Source of the DNA: Folioceros fuciformis
Lineage: Eukaryota
Direction of reading: 5' to 3'
Length of the DNA stretch: 63,882 bases
NCBI GenBank assembly: GCA_049999805.1
Contig: JBNGIO010006035.1
Location: 67,587-131,468, forward strand
Below the pieces are notes generated by a model. It ran no database searches. It worked only from the letters and a program-made list of their open reading frames with translations, and had not been told where the DNA came from. Position numbers and translations under genes: made by a program. The number at the start of each line of letters is the position of its first letter. Positions within the stretch are counted from its first letter, which is position 1. Below, piece after piece: positions 12,915-23,725 of this stretch.

Positions 12915-13236
12915 TCTCAGCCAGAAGCTGATTGCGGCGTGTAACAGCGATCCAGGGGCCAGACTCCTGGTTTCCCAGTGGTATGTCACACTGCATAGTC
13001 TTGCATATAGGAGCTGCGCGAGCGAGTGGACACGGATCTTTGCGATCTCTTCCCTGGTGCAGGTTCGGCATGTGCTCTTGCGATGGCTCTCCGGCGGTTA
13101 AGTGGTATTGCCGGAGGAAGTGCTGTTCATCTGACGTTCTCCACGAACGACGTCGCGAGGTGCAGCACTTGCGAGTGTCTTCCTCTGATGCTTTTGCTGG
13201 TGCGATTCTGTGGGGACCCAACAAATCATAATTGGA

Positions 13237-16185
13237 ATGAAAGTGAGGTCGGGAAGACGAACAGGTAGCCTGAAATCCTGCAAATGGTTCCTCAAGAGGT
13301 CCTTTCGCCAACTACGGGATGATCCTGGCCCTCCCAGGCCTGGAGGATGCGGAAGGACCGTCACAACTGAAACCGTTAGCAAGTTGTGCGATCGAGGTCT
13401 TGTCCCTGAGGCCGTTGAGGGTTTGGGAGTCCTAGTACAGTTGGGTTGTTGTATTTCCAAATATCTGTTCTACCATATTTTGAAGAGCTGTATGGTCAGG
13501 AAGGATCTTGTGCTGGGTCGCAGAGTCCATGCTTTCACTGTGAAACAGGGGCACGTTTCGGACACCTTTCTCTGCAACCACTTTCTCCGAATGTATGCTG
13601 CCCATGGCAGATTGCAGGACGCGATGGATGTGTTCGGAGGGGTTGCCATGCCAGATGCTTTCATGTGGTCTTCCTTCATTTCTGCGCATGTCAAACAAGG
13701 TCAGGACAGGCAGGCGATAGACCTGTATCATCGAATGCGAGGGACCAGTGTGAAGGCGGATGGGCATGTGTTTGTAGCAGCCCTTCAGGCTTGTGCGAGG
13801 GGATCAGACCTGAAAACTGGGCAGCAGGTGCATGCTGATGTTTTGGCCAGTGGAGTTGAGCCTGATTTGTTCGTTTGTAGTGGCTTGGTGGACATGTATG
13901 CAAAGTGCGGCAACTTAGAGAATGCGCAGGGTGTGTTTGATGGTCTTGTGGAGAAAAATGTGGTGACATGGAATGCCATGATAACAGGATACTATCAGCA
14001 GGGCTTGGGCCAGAAAGCCCTTCATCTTTACAGTGCAATGGAAGACGAAGATGTAGTTGCACCGGATTCTGTGACATTTGTGTGCCTCCTACAGGCATGT
14101 GCAAGTATAGGTGCCCCAGCTTTGGAGAAGGGAAGGCAGCTGCATGCGCAGTTAAGAGAACGAGGACATGAAGGTGATGTGGTTGTAGGCAACAGTTTGG
14201 TGAACATGTACGCTAAGTGTGGCAGCCTAGAAGAGGCGCAAAGAGTGTTTGACGGACTTGTTCAGAAAGATGTGGTCTCATGGACTACGCTCATTGCCGG
14301 ATATTCCCAGCAGGGCATAGGCCAGGAGGCCCTTCATCTCTACAGTGGCATGCAAGAAGAGGGCATCGCTGTACCCAATTCGGTTACATTTGTTTGCCTT
14401 CTCCAGGCATGTGCAAGCCTTGGGACCTCGGCGTTGATGAATGGAAAGCAGCTTTCTGCACAATTAAGAGAACAGGGATACCAAGCTGATGTGTTTGTAG
14501 CCAACAGTTTGGTTAACATGTATGCAAAGTGCGGCAGCTTGGAAGACGCTGAACTAGAGTTTGAAGGACTCGGTCAGAAAGATGTGGTGAGTTGGAATGC
14601 TATGATAGCAGGGTATTCCCAGCAGGGTATGGGCCAGGAAGCCCTTCATCTCTATAATGCTATGAAAGAAGAAGGGAGGGCTTTACCCAATTCTGCGACA
14701 TTTGTGAGCGTGCTGCAGGCGTGCGCAAGTGTGGGTGCCTCTGCGTTGGTGACGGGGAAACAGGTCCATTTGCAAATCCGAGAACAAGGGCACCTGGTTG
14801 ACGTGCTCGTAGCCAACAGTTTGGTAAACATGTACTCAAGGTGTGGAAGCCTAGAGGATGCTCAGAGAGTGTTCGACGAACTCTCTGAAAAAGATGTTGT
14901 GACGTGGAATGTCCTGATAGCAGGGTATGTCCAGCAGGGCTTGGCCCTGGAAGCCCTTTGTCTCTACAGTGCTATGCAAGACGAGCCCGTCAATGTACCT
15001 GACTCTGTCACTTTCGTTTGCCTCCTGCAGGCATGTGCGAGTCTAGGCAGTGCTGCTTTAGAGAGGGGTAAGCTCCTCCATGCACAAATTATAGATAAAG
15101 GAAGACGAGCCGACGGGTTTGTTGCCAACAGTTTGGTGAACATGTATGCAAAATGTGGCAGCCTGGAGGATGCTCAAAACGTGTTTGACGAACTTGATGA
15201 AAAAGATGTGGTGTTGTGGAATGCGATGATAGCAGGCTATTCCCAGCAGGGCATGGGCCAGAAAGCCCTTCTTCTCTACAGGGCGATGGAGCAAGAAAGC
15301 ATCGTTGCACCTGATTCTGTAACATTTGTGTGTCTCCTGCAGGCATGTGCCGATGTGGCCGCTTTGCATCTGGGAAGGCAGCTACATGCACAAGTTGAAG
15401 AACAAGGGCTTCAAGCTGACCTGTTTGTAGCCGGCAGTCTGATAAACATGTACGGAAAATCTGGTAGCATGGTTGATGCACAGCAGGTATTCGATGCACT
15501 ACCCGAAAGAGATGTCGTCGCGTGGAGTGCCCTGATTGCAGGCTACTCCTGCCAAGGAGATAGTGAACTGGTTTTTGAGCTGTTCCAGAGAATGAGAGAA
15601 GAAGGCATACAGCCAGTGGGCGTCACGTGCCTCAGCGTATTAACAGTATGCAGTCATGCGGGTTTGGTGGACAAAGGGAGAGAGTACTTTGAGGCGATGA
15701 GCACACGCTACGGCATCACTCCCACTGTGGAGCACTACACAGGCATGGTAGATCTCCTGGGCAGAGCAGGCGAACTGGATGAGGCACTAGCGCTGGTAAA
15801 AGCGATGCACATCCCGCCCACTTCTGCAGTATGGCACACTCTGTTGGGCGCCTGTCGAAAGTGGAGCAACGTGGAGGTGGGTCTCCATGCTTTCAATGAA
15901 GCAGTGAAGCTAGACGAGCAAGACGCTGCTGCATATGTGTTGATGTCCAACACCTACACAGGTGCCCATATGTGGGAGCAGGCACAGCAGATCCAGGCGA
16001 GGAGACGAAGCATTTGGGCATGGAAGCAACCAGGTCAGAGCTGGTGGACAGACATGAACGGCCTAGTGCATAGTTTCGTGGTAGGGGATAAGCACCGTCC
16101 CAAGAGTGAGGACAAACTCCGGCTTCCAGGGGACAAAAGAGACCCTGTAGAACATTTCCAGGTTGTGCAGTCATTGGCAAGATGA
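13237..16185 (+). CDS. PLS-class PPR protein, E-type with WW-type PG-box; tandem paralog of 10085..12904
   Basis: Long P-L-S array ending WKQPGQSWWTDMNGLVHSFVVGDK, with no HxE/CxxC. First in-frame ATG is at ~13237; the true start is uncertain. Confidence 0.92.
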   Translation: MKVRSGRRTGSLKSCKWFLKRSFRQLRDDPGPPRPGGCGRTVTTETVSKLCDRGLVPEAVEGLGVLVQLGCCISKYLFYHILKSCMVRKDLVLGRRVHAFTVKQGHVSDTFLCNHFLRMYAAHGRLQDAMDVFGGVAMPDAFMWSSFISAHVKQGQDRQAIDLYHRMRGTSVKADGHVFVAALQACARGSDLKTGQQVHADVLASGVEPDLFVCSGLVDMYAKCGNLENAQGVFDGLVEKNVVTWNAMITGYYQQGLGQKALHLYSAMEDEDVVAPDSVTFVCLLQACASIGAPALEKGRQLHAQLRERGHEGDVVVGNSLVNMYAKCGSLEEAQRVFDGLVQKDVVSWTTLIAGYSQQGIGQEALHLYSGMQEEGIAVPNSVTFVCLLQACASLGTSALMNGKQLSAQLREQGYQADVFVANSLVNMYAKCGSLEDAELEFEGLGQKDVVSWNAMIAGYSQQGMGQEALHLYNAMKEEGRALPNSATFVSVLQACASVGASALVTGKQVHLQIREQGHLVDVLVANSLVNMYSRCGSLEDAQRVFDELSEKDVVTWNVLIAGYVQQGLALEALCLYSAMQDEPVNVPDSVTFVCLLQACASLGSAALERGKLLHAQIIDKGRRADGFVANSLVNMYAKCGSLEDAQNVFDELDEKDVVLWNAMIAGYSQQGMGQKALLLYRAMEQESIVAPDSVTFVCLLQACADVAALHLGRQLHAQVEEQGLQADLFVAGSLINMYGKSGSMVDAQQVFDALPERDVVAWSALIAGYSCQGDSELVFELFQRMREEGIQPVGVTCLSVLTVCSHAGLVDKGREYFEAMSTRYGITPTVEHYTGMVDLLGRAGELDEALALVKAMHIPPTSAVWHTLLGACRKWSNVEVGLHAFNEAVKLDEQDAAAYVLMSNTYTGAHMWEQAQQIQARRRSIWAWKQPGQSWWTDMNGLVHSFVVGDKHRPKSEDKLRLPGDKRDPVEHFQVVQSLAR

Positions 16186-17098
16186 TCCGGCACACAACCG
16201 ACGGTAGAGAACGAGACAATAAATAGGCAACCACTCCTGGTAGTAGTTCAACTGTCGTGTGTGGGAAGGTATTCTCCGATCCAATCCATGAGGCGGACAA
16301 GCTCCCGCAATCCGCCATCAAGATCTGGATTTCAGCAGGACCAGCGACTTCCATATCTTGGTACATGTGGTAGGCGTCCTCATTATGCACAGATCTGTCT
16401 CCCTTGGATCCCTAGCATGTCACTTATTTTCTCACAAAAACATGCTCTTCATTTTCGTTTTCTTGCGCGTCGCGTAATGTGGGCCACTCTTGGGTTTAGA
16501 AAACGTTGGGCGACTCTTTCGTTTGTGTAAGACAAATATTTGGGCTGTAGACAAAGAAAACATTGTTACATGGGGGAGGCTGACTCTACGTCTACTCCCC
16601 CCAGCCGAGTGACTGCTGACGTTCGGTGATTCTCTTTACATGCGTGGATTTGATTTTTATCAAGCTTTTATTATATTTTTTTAAAACAGCCTCTTGTTAT
16701 TTCATCACTCCTTAATTTTTGTTTATCGTTTCATTCAGTAAGATATGGACACTAATACTTCTTAGAACCTTGATTGTTTTTCCTCATCCACCATCGTTTC
16801 TTGGATGGGCTTCTTTTTTTCTCCTCAATGAAACTTTACTCAAAGTGGAGTCACAAAGAAAGATGGATACATTGTCTCACGATGCAAGAAATGAGAGTAG
16901 AATTGTAAGGAAACTTCAAGGATGGGATAGAATATTTCACAAGAGACCATAAGCACGGAGTAATGGGAAATCTTTAGGATAGATGGTATAACTCAAGTTT
17001 TAAGAGTGGCTTTTATTTATTTTAGAAAATGGGAAACTCATGTACCCCTAAAAGATAAACATGGTTGGGACACTGTGGGCTAACCTTGAAGTTTAATG

Positions 17099-17440
17099 AT
17101 TACCAATAGCAACTTAAGATATCATGGTCTAGAAAGAGAAAGAAATTACCAATAGCAAAAAATTACCAATAGCACCTAAAATATCATGGTCCTGAAAGAG
17201 AAAGGGTTTTGGAATTGTTCACTAAAATCTAATGATTACCAATAGCACCTAAGATATCATGGTATAGAAAGAGAAAGAAATTACCAATAGTACCTAAGAT
17301 ATCATGGTCTAAAAAGAGAAAGAAATTACCAATAGCACCTAAGATATCATGGTTTAGAAAGAGAAAGAAATTACCAATAGCACCTAAAATACCATGGTCC
17401 TAAACAAGAAAGGGTCTAGATGTTGGAATTGTTCACACTT
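17099..17440. repeat. 45-bp AT-rich minisatellite (~6 copies in two blocks)
   Basis: Unit is attaccaatagcacctaagatatcatggtNtagaaagagaaagaa; both blocks end in ...ttggaattgttcac. A (TA)n tract follows at ~17450-17470. Confidence 0.9.
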
Positions 17441-18349
17441 CATTGTCTTTTATATATATATATATATATAGTATTAGCTACATCTACACTCTACAATCAT
17501 CACAAAGTTGAAAATGAGATGCTATGGAAAATATATTTTTCTGTTTTTTAACTATTTAAATATATTTTCTTTGTTGACACTACCTCTCCTATCAATATCG
17601 TCGTCCTATAGATACAGTATTAGCTACGTTTCCCACTCTACAATTGTCACAAAGTTAATAACGGGATACTATGGAAAAATTATTTTCATATTTTTCACTA
17701 TTTAAATAAAATTTAAGTACCAAGCTACTTAGCTAACCCTAAGAATTAACATTGCAAGCCTAAATCTAAAGTAGAGCAGTTTGTAAAAACCTACTACTAC
17801 TATAAGGTGTGAGGTGGTTCAAAGATACAAGCCAACTTTTTGTGAATATTTTTTCCTCTCCTAAGGTAGATGTATGTTTCCATCTTGTTTTCTGAATAAG
17901 TTCTCCATGTTTCTCTTAATCTATTTGTTAAGGATGCATGTCCTATTTTGCTCCTTATTATGTTGAATTATATATTTATATGCGTAGGTTAGATGTCCGA
18001 GTTCGCTTACCGTAATCAAAGGCTATATATGTGCGTATCCGGTCCCAAGATCTTTAAAGCATCACACCAGAAGTACTTTGAGAAACTTTTTGTAGGACGA
18101 AAGTATCCTCTCAAAGAAGCATGAGCACCAAAAACCCTGGCCCAGAGTACTAAGTAGAAAGAGACCAAGGATAGTGACTGAGCGAAGGAAATCTTCTTCG
18201 GAAGGTACGAAGGCTCTTTCATTTCCTTTGCTGTGGCATCTTTTGTCCCTTCTAGTGACCATAGGAGATGAGGTATTGCTATCACTTCATTTCTAGAACG
18301 TACCCACTCCACTTTGCCCTCATATGCCATTCTGTGCGGCTTATGTTTG

Positions 18350-18512
18350 GATTTGATCCTTTGGAAAGCCCATGGACCCAAGAAAACATCTTGGGTGGGG
18401 TTGGTTGGTTTAGGAGAGGAGCATAATAGGTTTGATCCTTGGACCCAAAAAAACATCTTGGGTGGGGTTCGTTGGTTTAGGAGAGGAGCATAGCAGGGGT
18501 TTGATCCTTGGG
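18350..18512. repeat. Imperfect direct repeat (~70-80 bp, 2 copies), probably TE-derived
   Basis: ggacccaa..aaacatcttgggtggggtt..gtttaggagaggagcata..ggtttgatccttgg occurs twice. Confidence 0.7.
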
Positions 18513-19639
18513 TGATGCCCAAGTTGGTGACTCTAAGCATGGAGCATAATTAGCCTCTACTTTGTTTAGGTGTTTCCTCTAAGTTCATAATTGGGTTGGG
18601 AAGAATAGGATTGAGGCATGATGATCCACACATTAGTAGGGCTACTTATGATGGGGAAGAATCTGGTGAAGGAAGAGGCGGAGGAAAGGTGTGGGAATTC
18701 GCTAGGCTTTTGGTGTAGGGCAGGATTCGTAGAGCAGGGGATGTAGGGCAGGGCTCGTAGGGTAATCTGGAATTAAGACGGGAGGGAAAAATAAATAGAG
18801 GGGGACCAATGGGATGCATCGGAAGGGATAAAGGCTAGGACAGACAGTTAAGGTAACCCTGACCAAGTGGGCCCAGTTGTGGAGAAGGAGACGTGGAGGC
18901 TGTGGGTAACTCTGGCAGTTAAGTAGGCCAGTGAGATGGGAATATCTCGATGTACATAAGAGGCAAAGGTATTTAGGCGGAGCGAGGAGCAGGCAGCCCA
19001 ACCCCTTTCTCTCTCTACTCTCTACCGCCTCGCTGGTCCCATGGCTCTCTCTCTCACCCTTTCTCTCATCGGAGCTTGCCTTGGGGGGCCTTCCCTTGCA
19101 GCCCGCTTTCCCTTTGCTCACCGTCTGCCGGACCCTCGACACCCGAGGTCTATCGAGCCACGAAAGCCCAGGCAGGCAAAGCAGGAAGCGCGGGCTCGAG
19201 TCCCTTGCCCGCCAGAAGACGGGCGGAGCAAGAGGCACGAGTCTTGCCAAGCTTGCTTGCCTTGACAGCTGTTCCTGCTGCGGCTGCGGCTGCCGCTTTG
19301 CTGTGTGCGGCCGTGCCCGGTTGCGTGTGCTGGTTGTGCGACAGCTGCGGAAGCGCGCGGTTCTGAGCCAAGGTGTTGTGGTCTGTGTGCAGGGCGGGAT
19401 TTGGGAGGACGATTGCGGTCGGTGGCGGATGCGGGATCAGAGAAGCCCGATTTTGGTGTTGCTGCCTTTGGCGCGGATCGGCAGAGGTGTATGCGCTGGG
19501 AGGGGTTGAGGCGAGACGCGGACGAGTGGGGAGCGGGGACGTGCTGACCACTTGTGCCCGAGGGATGGATGGTTGTCACATCCTTCTTTGAATCGCGGCG
19601 GAGCGTGGTGACTCGGGTGGGCACAGGAAGGGTGGTGCC

Positions 19640-22027
19640 ATGGGGCCGGATGTGTCGGCCGTCTACCTCCAGGTAGTGGAGGACGTGATTAATAAGGTCC
19701 GCAACGATTTTCAGAGCGACGGCGTGGAGGAGCACGTGCTTAATGAGCTGCAACAGGTGAGGGGCCCGTGGACGACGAGTAATTTGGCCGCTGGAGGGGT
19801 TCGGGGTGCTCATGCCTGATCTTGGTTGTGCAGCTGTGGGAGACCAAATTGCAGCAGTCGGGAGCAATTGAGGGGGACAAGCTGGCGGCCCGCGAGCCAG
19901 CTGGTTCTGCGTATCCGCAAAATGCGGGTCCTGCTGCGAGCAGGCCGGGGGGAGGCCTTGTGCCTGCCACCCCAGTGCATGACTTGAATGTGCCTTACGA
20001 GCATACGGAGGACTACGAGGCGCCCACTGCTGAGTATCTGTTTCCGCCTGTGAGTTACGGTCGCCCGCGCTTGCCTTCCTGTTGTTGCTGTGCTGCTTGT
20101 TGGGGGTGCGTGCTGCCTGGAATGGTGTTTTCCGACCGAAGTCATGCGTTCGCTGGTCGCTGACGCGGAGGATACTGTGTATTGTGAAGACGCCTAGCAT
20201 TGTGAGTACTCCGGAGATTGTAATGCAGTACAATACAGCGCTGGCAGAACCGGACAGTGGGCTGGGGTTGGAAGTGAAGCTCGGGAGGCCAGATCCGTAC
20301 ATGGTACCACCATATCTTGAGTCCTTGGTTTTCATTTCTTGCTGTGGGGAATGTTGCTGTTTCGGTTTTCTGTACGGCTGTGTTTTGTGATCATTTCAGG
20401 TTAATGGTGATAAATCTTGTTTTAATATTGATTTATGTAAAAGATTCTGCACCGTTGTCTTGAGTGCTCTCATTTTTCTCGTGTGCAGGCGCAACCTGCA
20501 TCCTGGATGAATCAGAAGCCCCGTGGCGTGGATGTTAACATCGGTGAGCTTGATTCTTGTGTCTCGAAGCTCAGTCGTCGGGGATCTTCGAAACTCCTCT
20601 CAGATTTGGTTTGACATCGCCCATTTTAACCGAACTGTTGTTGCAGCCTATGAGGAAGGAGAAGAGGAAGAAGAGGAAAACGGGCACGAGCACGCCCCAG
20701 TGACCAAGGTCGAAAATAAAATCCAAGCCCTTCTTGTTATGTGTGATGAATCTTAGGCTCTGGACGACCAAGTAGCTTTCGCTTAGTCGCAATTGAAACT
20801 TAGTATGTCCTGTCTCTGTGGCTCAGGACTTTTTCACTCTGGCTCCGGGCAAGAGGAAGCGAGACGAGGTGACCCCTCCTTTCTTCTCTTCTCCGTCCCA
20901 CAGGGATGGAGGTGGGGAGATTGGTCTTGAGTTGTACTCGTCAGTAAATCGCACTCAGGTATTCTCATGGCGTTCCTTGGTTTTGTTCGTGTACTCCAGC
21001 TCATGGGGTTTGTCATCTGATGCATCGATGTCTTTTTTCTTTTTCGTCTTTTCAGACTACTGAGGATGGTGCTTCAGAGTGGAATGCTCAGAAGATGGCT
21101 GGTCGAAATTCTGACCAGAGTGTATGGAAGCAGGATATGATCTTAGCAGATTCAAGGATGGCACGGATGGCTGGAGCAACTCACACTTCTGGGGCATCAG
21201 ATATTCCACAACTCGATGGCATCAACGATGATTATGATGATGTGAGATGAGGGCCGATGTGGGCTTATTTCCATGTTGTCCAGTCTTCGACACAGTGTGG
21301 AAGTGAACATGTTGTCCACGAAGATTAAGATCCAAGTGTTGTGTTTAGTGCTTGATCTTCGTTACTGTTGGCTCATTGTTGCAGGGGGTCGCCGAGGAGG
21401 ATTATAACCAGCCAGCAGAGGAAGGTACGTGTATAGAGCTGTTTCACGTGTGATGAGCTGTACAGAAATTTATCATGAAGCTTTGTCTGAGGACCGTCAC
21501 ACACCCGTCTCCCCAGAGACGCAGCCTGCCCAGGAGGTTTCAAGAGCTGTGAAAAGTGAACCTGCTGCCGCTGAATCGGAGGGTTCAGAACCACCTTTGA
21601 ATGAAGATGACGATGAGGATTTGGACGAAAATGATCAAGGGGATGTGGAACCAACCACTGAAGACATAGTTCTTGCCCAGTTTGATAAGGTGTCCACCGC
21701 TGCGCGGGCTGCCTGCAAAGTCCCTCGTTCTTGCTGAAATTTTAATAGCCATGTATGCCATCTAAGCCTTTCCTGGTGTGTGGGAATGGAAGATGTTGAT
21801 CTCGACGATTTGTGTTGCGTAGGTGACAAGGTCGAAGAACAAGTGGAAGTGCATGCTAAAGGACGGTATCATGCATCTGAACGGCAAAGATATTCTTTTT
21901 GTCAAGGTTGGTCCTCTGTTCTTCCGTTGGAAGGGTCTGCCCTCCGTCTTCCTCGTGTGTCCTTATCTCATGAACTGGGTGACGTAAATTTTTGCGTGGG
22001 CAGGCTAATGGGGAATTCGAGTTTTGA
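19640..22027 (+). CDS. Transcription initiation factor IIA large (alpha/beta) subunit, multi-exon
   Basis: N-terminus VYLQVVEDVINKVR...LNELQQ/LWETKL, then HDLNVPYE and IPQLDG (cleavage-site-like). C-terminus VLAQFDKV/TRSKNKWKCMLKDGIMHLNGKDILF/ANGEFEF*. Confidence 0.93.
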
Positions 22028-23207
22028 CCGGTACGGTGGATTCAGAGGCGTCTATAGCCAACCTGGCATGTTCCGAGAACTTTTGCAACTGGGTTTTGCC
22101 TATTCTCTTGACTGCACAGACAGGGTGGGCTAGTTCCCTTTTTTGTGGTCCGCAGTACAGTCATCTGTAAAATTTTGCCCTTCTAACCAAGCAGGCCTAT
22201 TCCCGTATAGCAGGACATCCTATATTTCTGAGGCTTCACAAGGAGAAGTTTTTAGATACCCACTGTGCTGAGTGAGCCTTCCGGGGAGGCATGCACTAAA
22301 ATTTTGCCACTTGAATTATCAGTTTTCTTTACAATTGTATGGTTGTCCTGCTGCTTGGGTGGGATGTCCTTGTCTCTTAAAGTTGTGGCAAAGTTCAGCC
22401 CCTTTTGGTCAGCCCGGTTCTATGTAGTTTGGCTAGCTGTTGTTGGAGGGCGTGGTTGTGTCGCTGGAGCAACATTGGAGAAGATGAGCTCCTGGATACA
22501 ATAATGTCCCCGTTAGTTAGGCAGACCATTTACCTCCGGACCTGTCCTTGGTCGATTGCACGTAGGGTTCTGTACGTGAATGCATTTGCAAGATTGCAAA
22601 CTATTTGTCATCCTTCAATGGACAATCCTGTGTAAAAGGATTTCTGCATGGAAAGCCCTACTTGCACAGTTCCTTCGTCTAAATTCCTATGCCTCGTCAT
22701 GAATATCTCACCTGTAGGGCTTGGGGTCAGATATTTAGAGTTTGCGGTCTTATCTGACCTGGCAGTGAACGAGCGTGAAGACATTGCCAGTTGCGGGAAC
22801 CTTAATCATCGTCTCCTGTTTCTTTTTTCCCGGATTTGGTTCCGTGCAACTTTTTCTTTTGCGGATATGTTTCCTGCAATTTTCGAGCGAAACGCTTCCA
22901 TCATCCACTTCGTATGCCACGTACACGTGGACGAAGCTTTTGCTACGGGAGCTGATAAGTCTGGACGATACCCTAACGGTGGGGCGGTAGACACGTTCTT
23001 TCTCGTGTGTGAAGCGTACCGGTGACCGCTGAAGACGGGACGGGAGTTGCGGCGGAGCCAAGGAGCAGCGCTTTGCAGGCATAAGCTACTTTGGGCCTGA
23101 CTACGTGTAACCTCTTGTTGCCCGACTGCAAGCGTCTTGATAGCTTTCTTCATCTGTGAGCTACGTTTGTTGCAGAGTAGAGGGTCGCTGTGTGAAGGCA
23201 GCGGATC

Positions 23208-23504
23208 ATGTCTTATCTACTAGGAACTCTGCTTGCCAAAAACAAGCCAGTCAGGGTTGCTCTTACACAGATCTATGGTATCGGGCGTAAGAAGGGAGCG
23301 CAAGTATGTCAGCAATTGGGCCTGAGCGACAACATCAGGGTGAGTGAGCTCACGTCGTTCGAACTTGAGAAGATTGCGCGGGCTATAAGCCAGAACTATT
23401 TGGTGGATTCGGAACTCAGGTCGGAGGTTGCTAATGACAAGAAACGCCTTATGAGCATTGGCTGTCACCGTGGACGCCAGCATGCCGCCAAGCAGAAGGG
23501 TTGA
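23208..23504 (+). CDS. rps13: Nuclear-encoded mitochondrial-type ribosomal protein S13, C-terminally shortened
   Basis: MSYLLGT..NKPVRVALTQIYGIG..VCQQLGLSD..ISQNYLVDSELR..KRLMSIGCHRG matches bryophyte mitochondrial Rps13 as I recall it. A likely 5'UTR intron ends at ttgcag 23175. Confidence 0.88.
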   Translation: MSYLLGTLLAKNKPVRVALTQIYGIGRKKGAQVCQQLGLSDNIRVSELTSFELEKIARAISQNYLVDSELRSEVANDKKRLMSIGCHRGRQHAAKQKG

Positions 23505-23725
23505 GTCTAGTTTTGGTCTTGGCTATGCCAACTTTCTTGGTATCTAAGGCTCTGCGCAAGGCTTGATCCCACTCCATTCGTTTACCATTCTTTACAAAAG
23601 GATGATCAGACTGTTACGTAGTCCCTCAATGGAGGGGCGTTGTACGTTTCTGAACAATTAGGTTTGATATCATGCTACTCTCTAGGCTACTCTCCAGACT
23701 ACCGTCGAAGCACACATGAACAGTG

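Noticed and set aside
12932-13231. 'GMCSCDG' as a remnant DYW terminus
   Set aside because: There is no HxE or CxxC in any frame at suitable spacing; this is more likely 5' sequence of the next PPR gene.
15893-16390. 165-aa minus-strand ORF overlapping the PPR 3' end
   Set aside because: It has no convincing family motif and is partly antisense to the PPR.
19118-20335. 405-aa minus-strand ORF
   Set aside because: It is antisense to GC-rich TFIIA exons and 5' region, with no recognisable domain.
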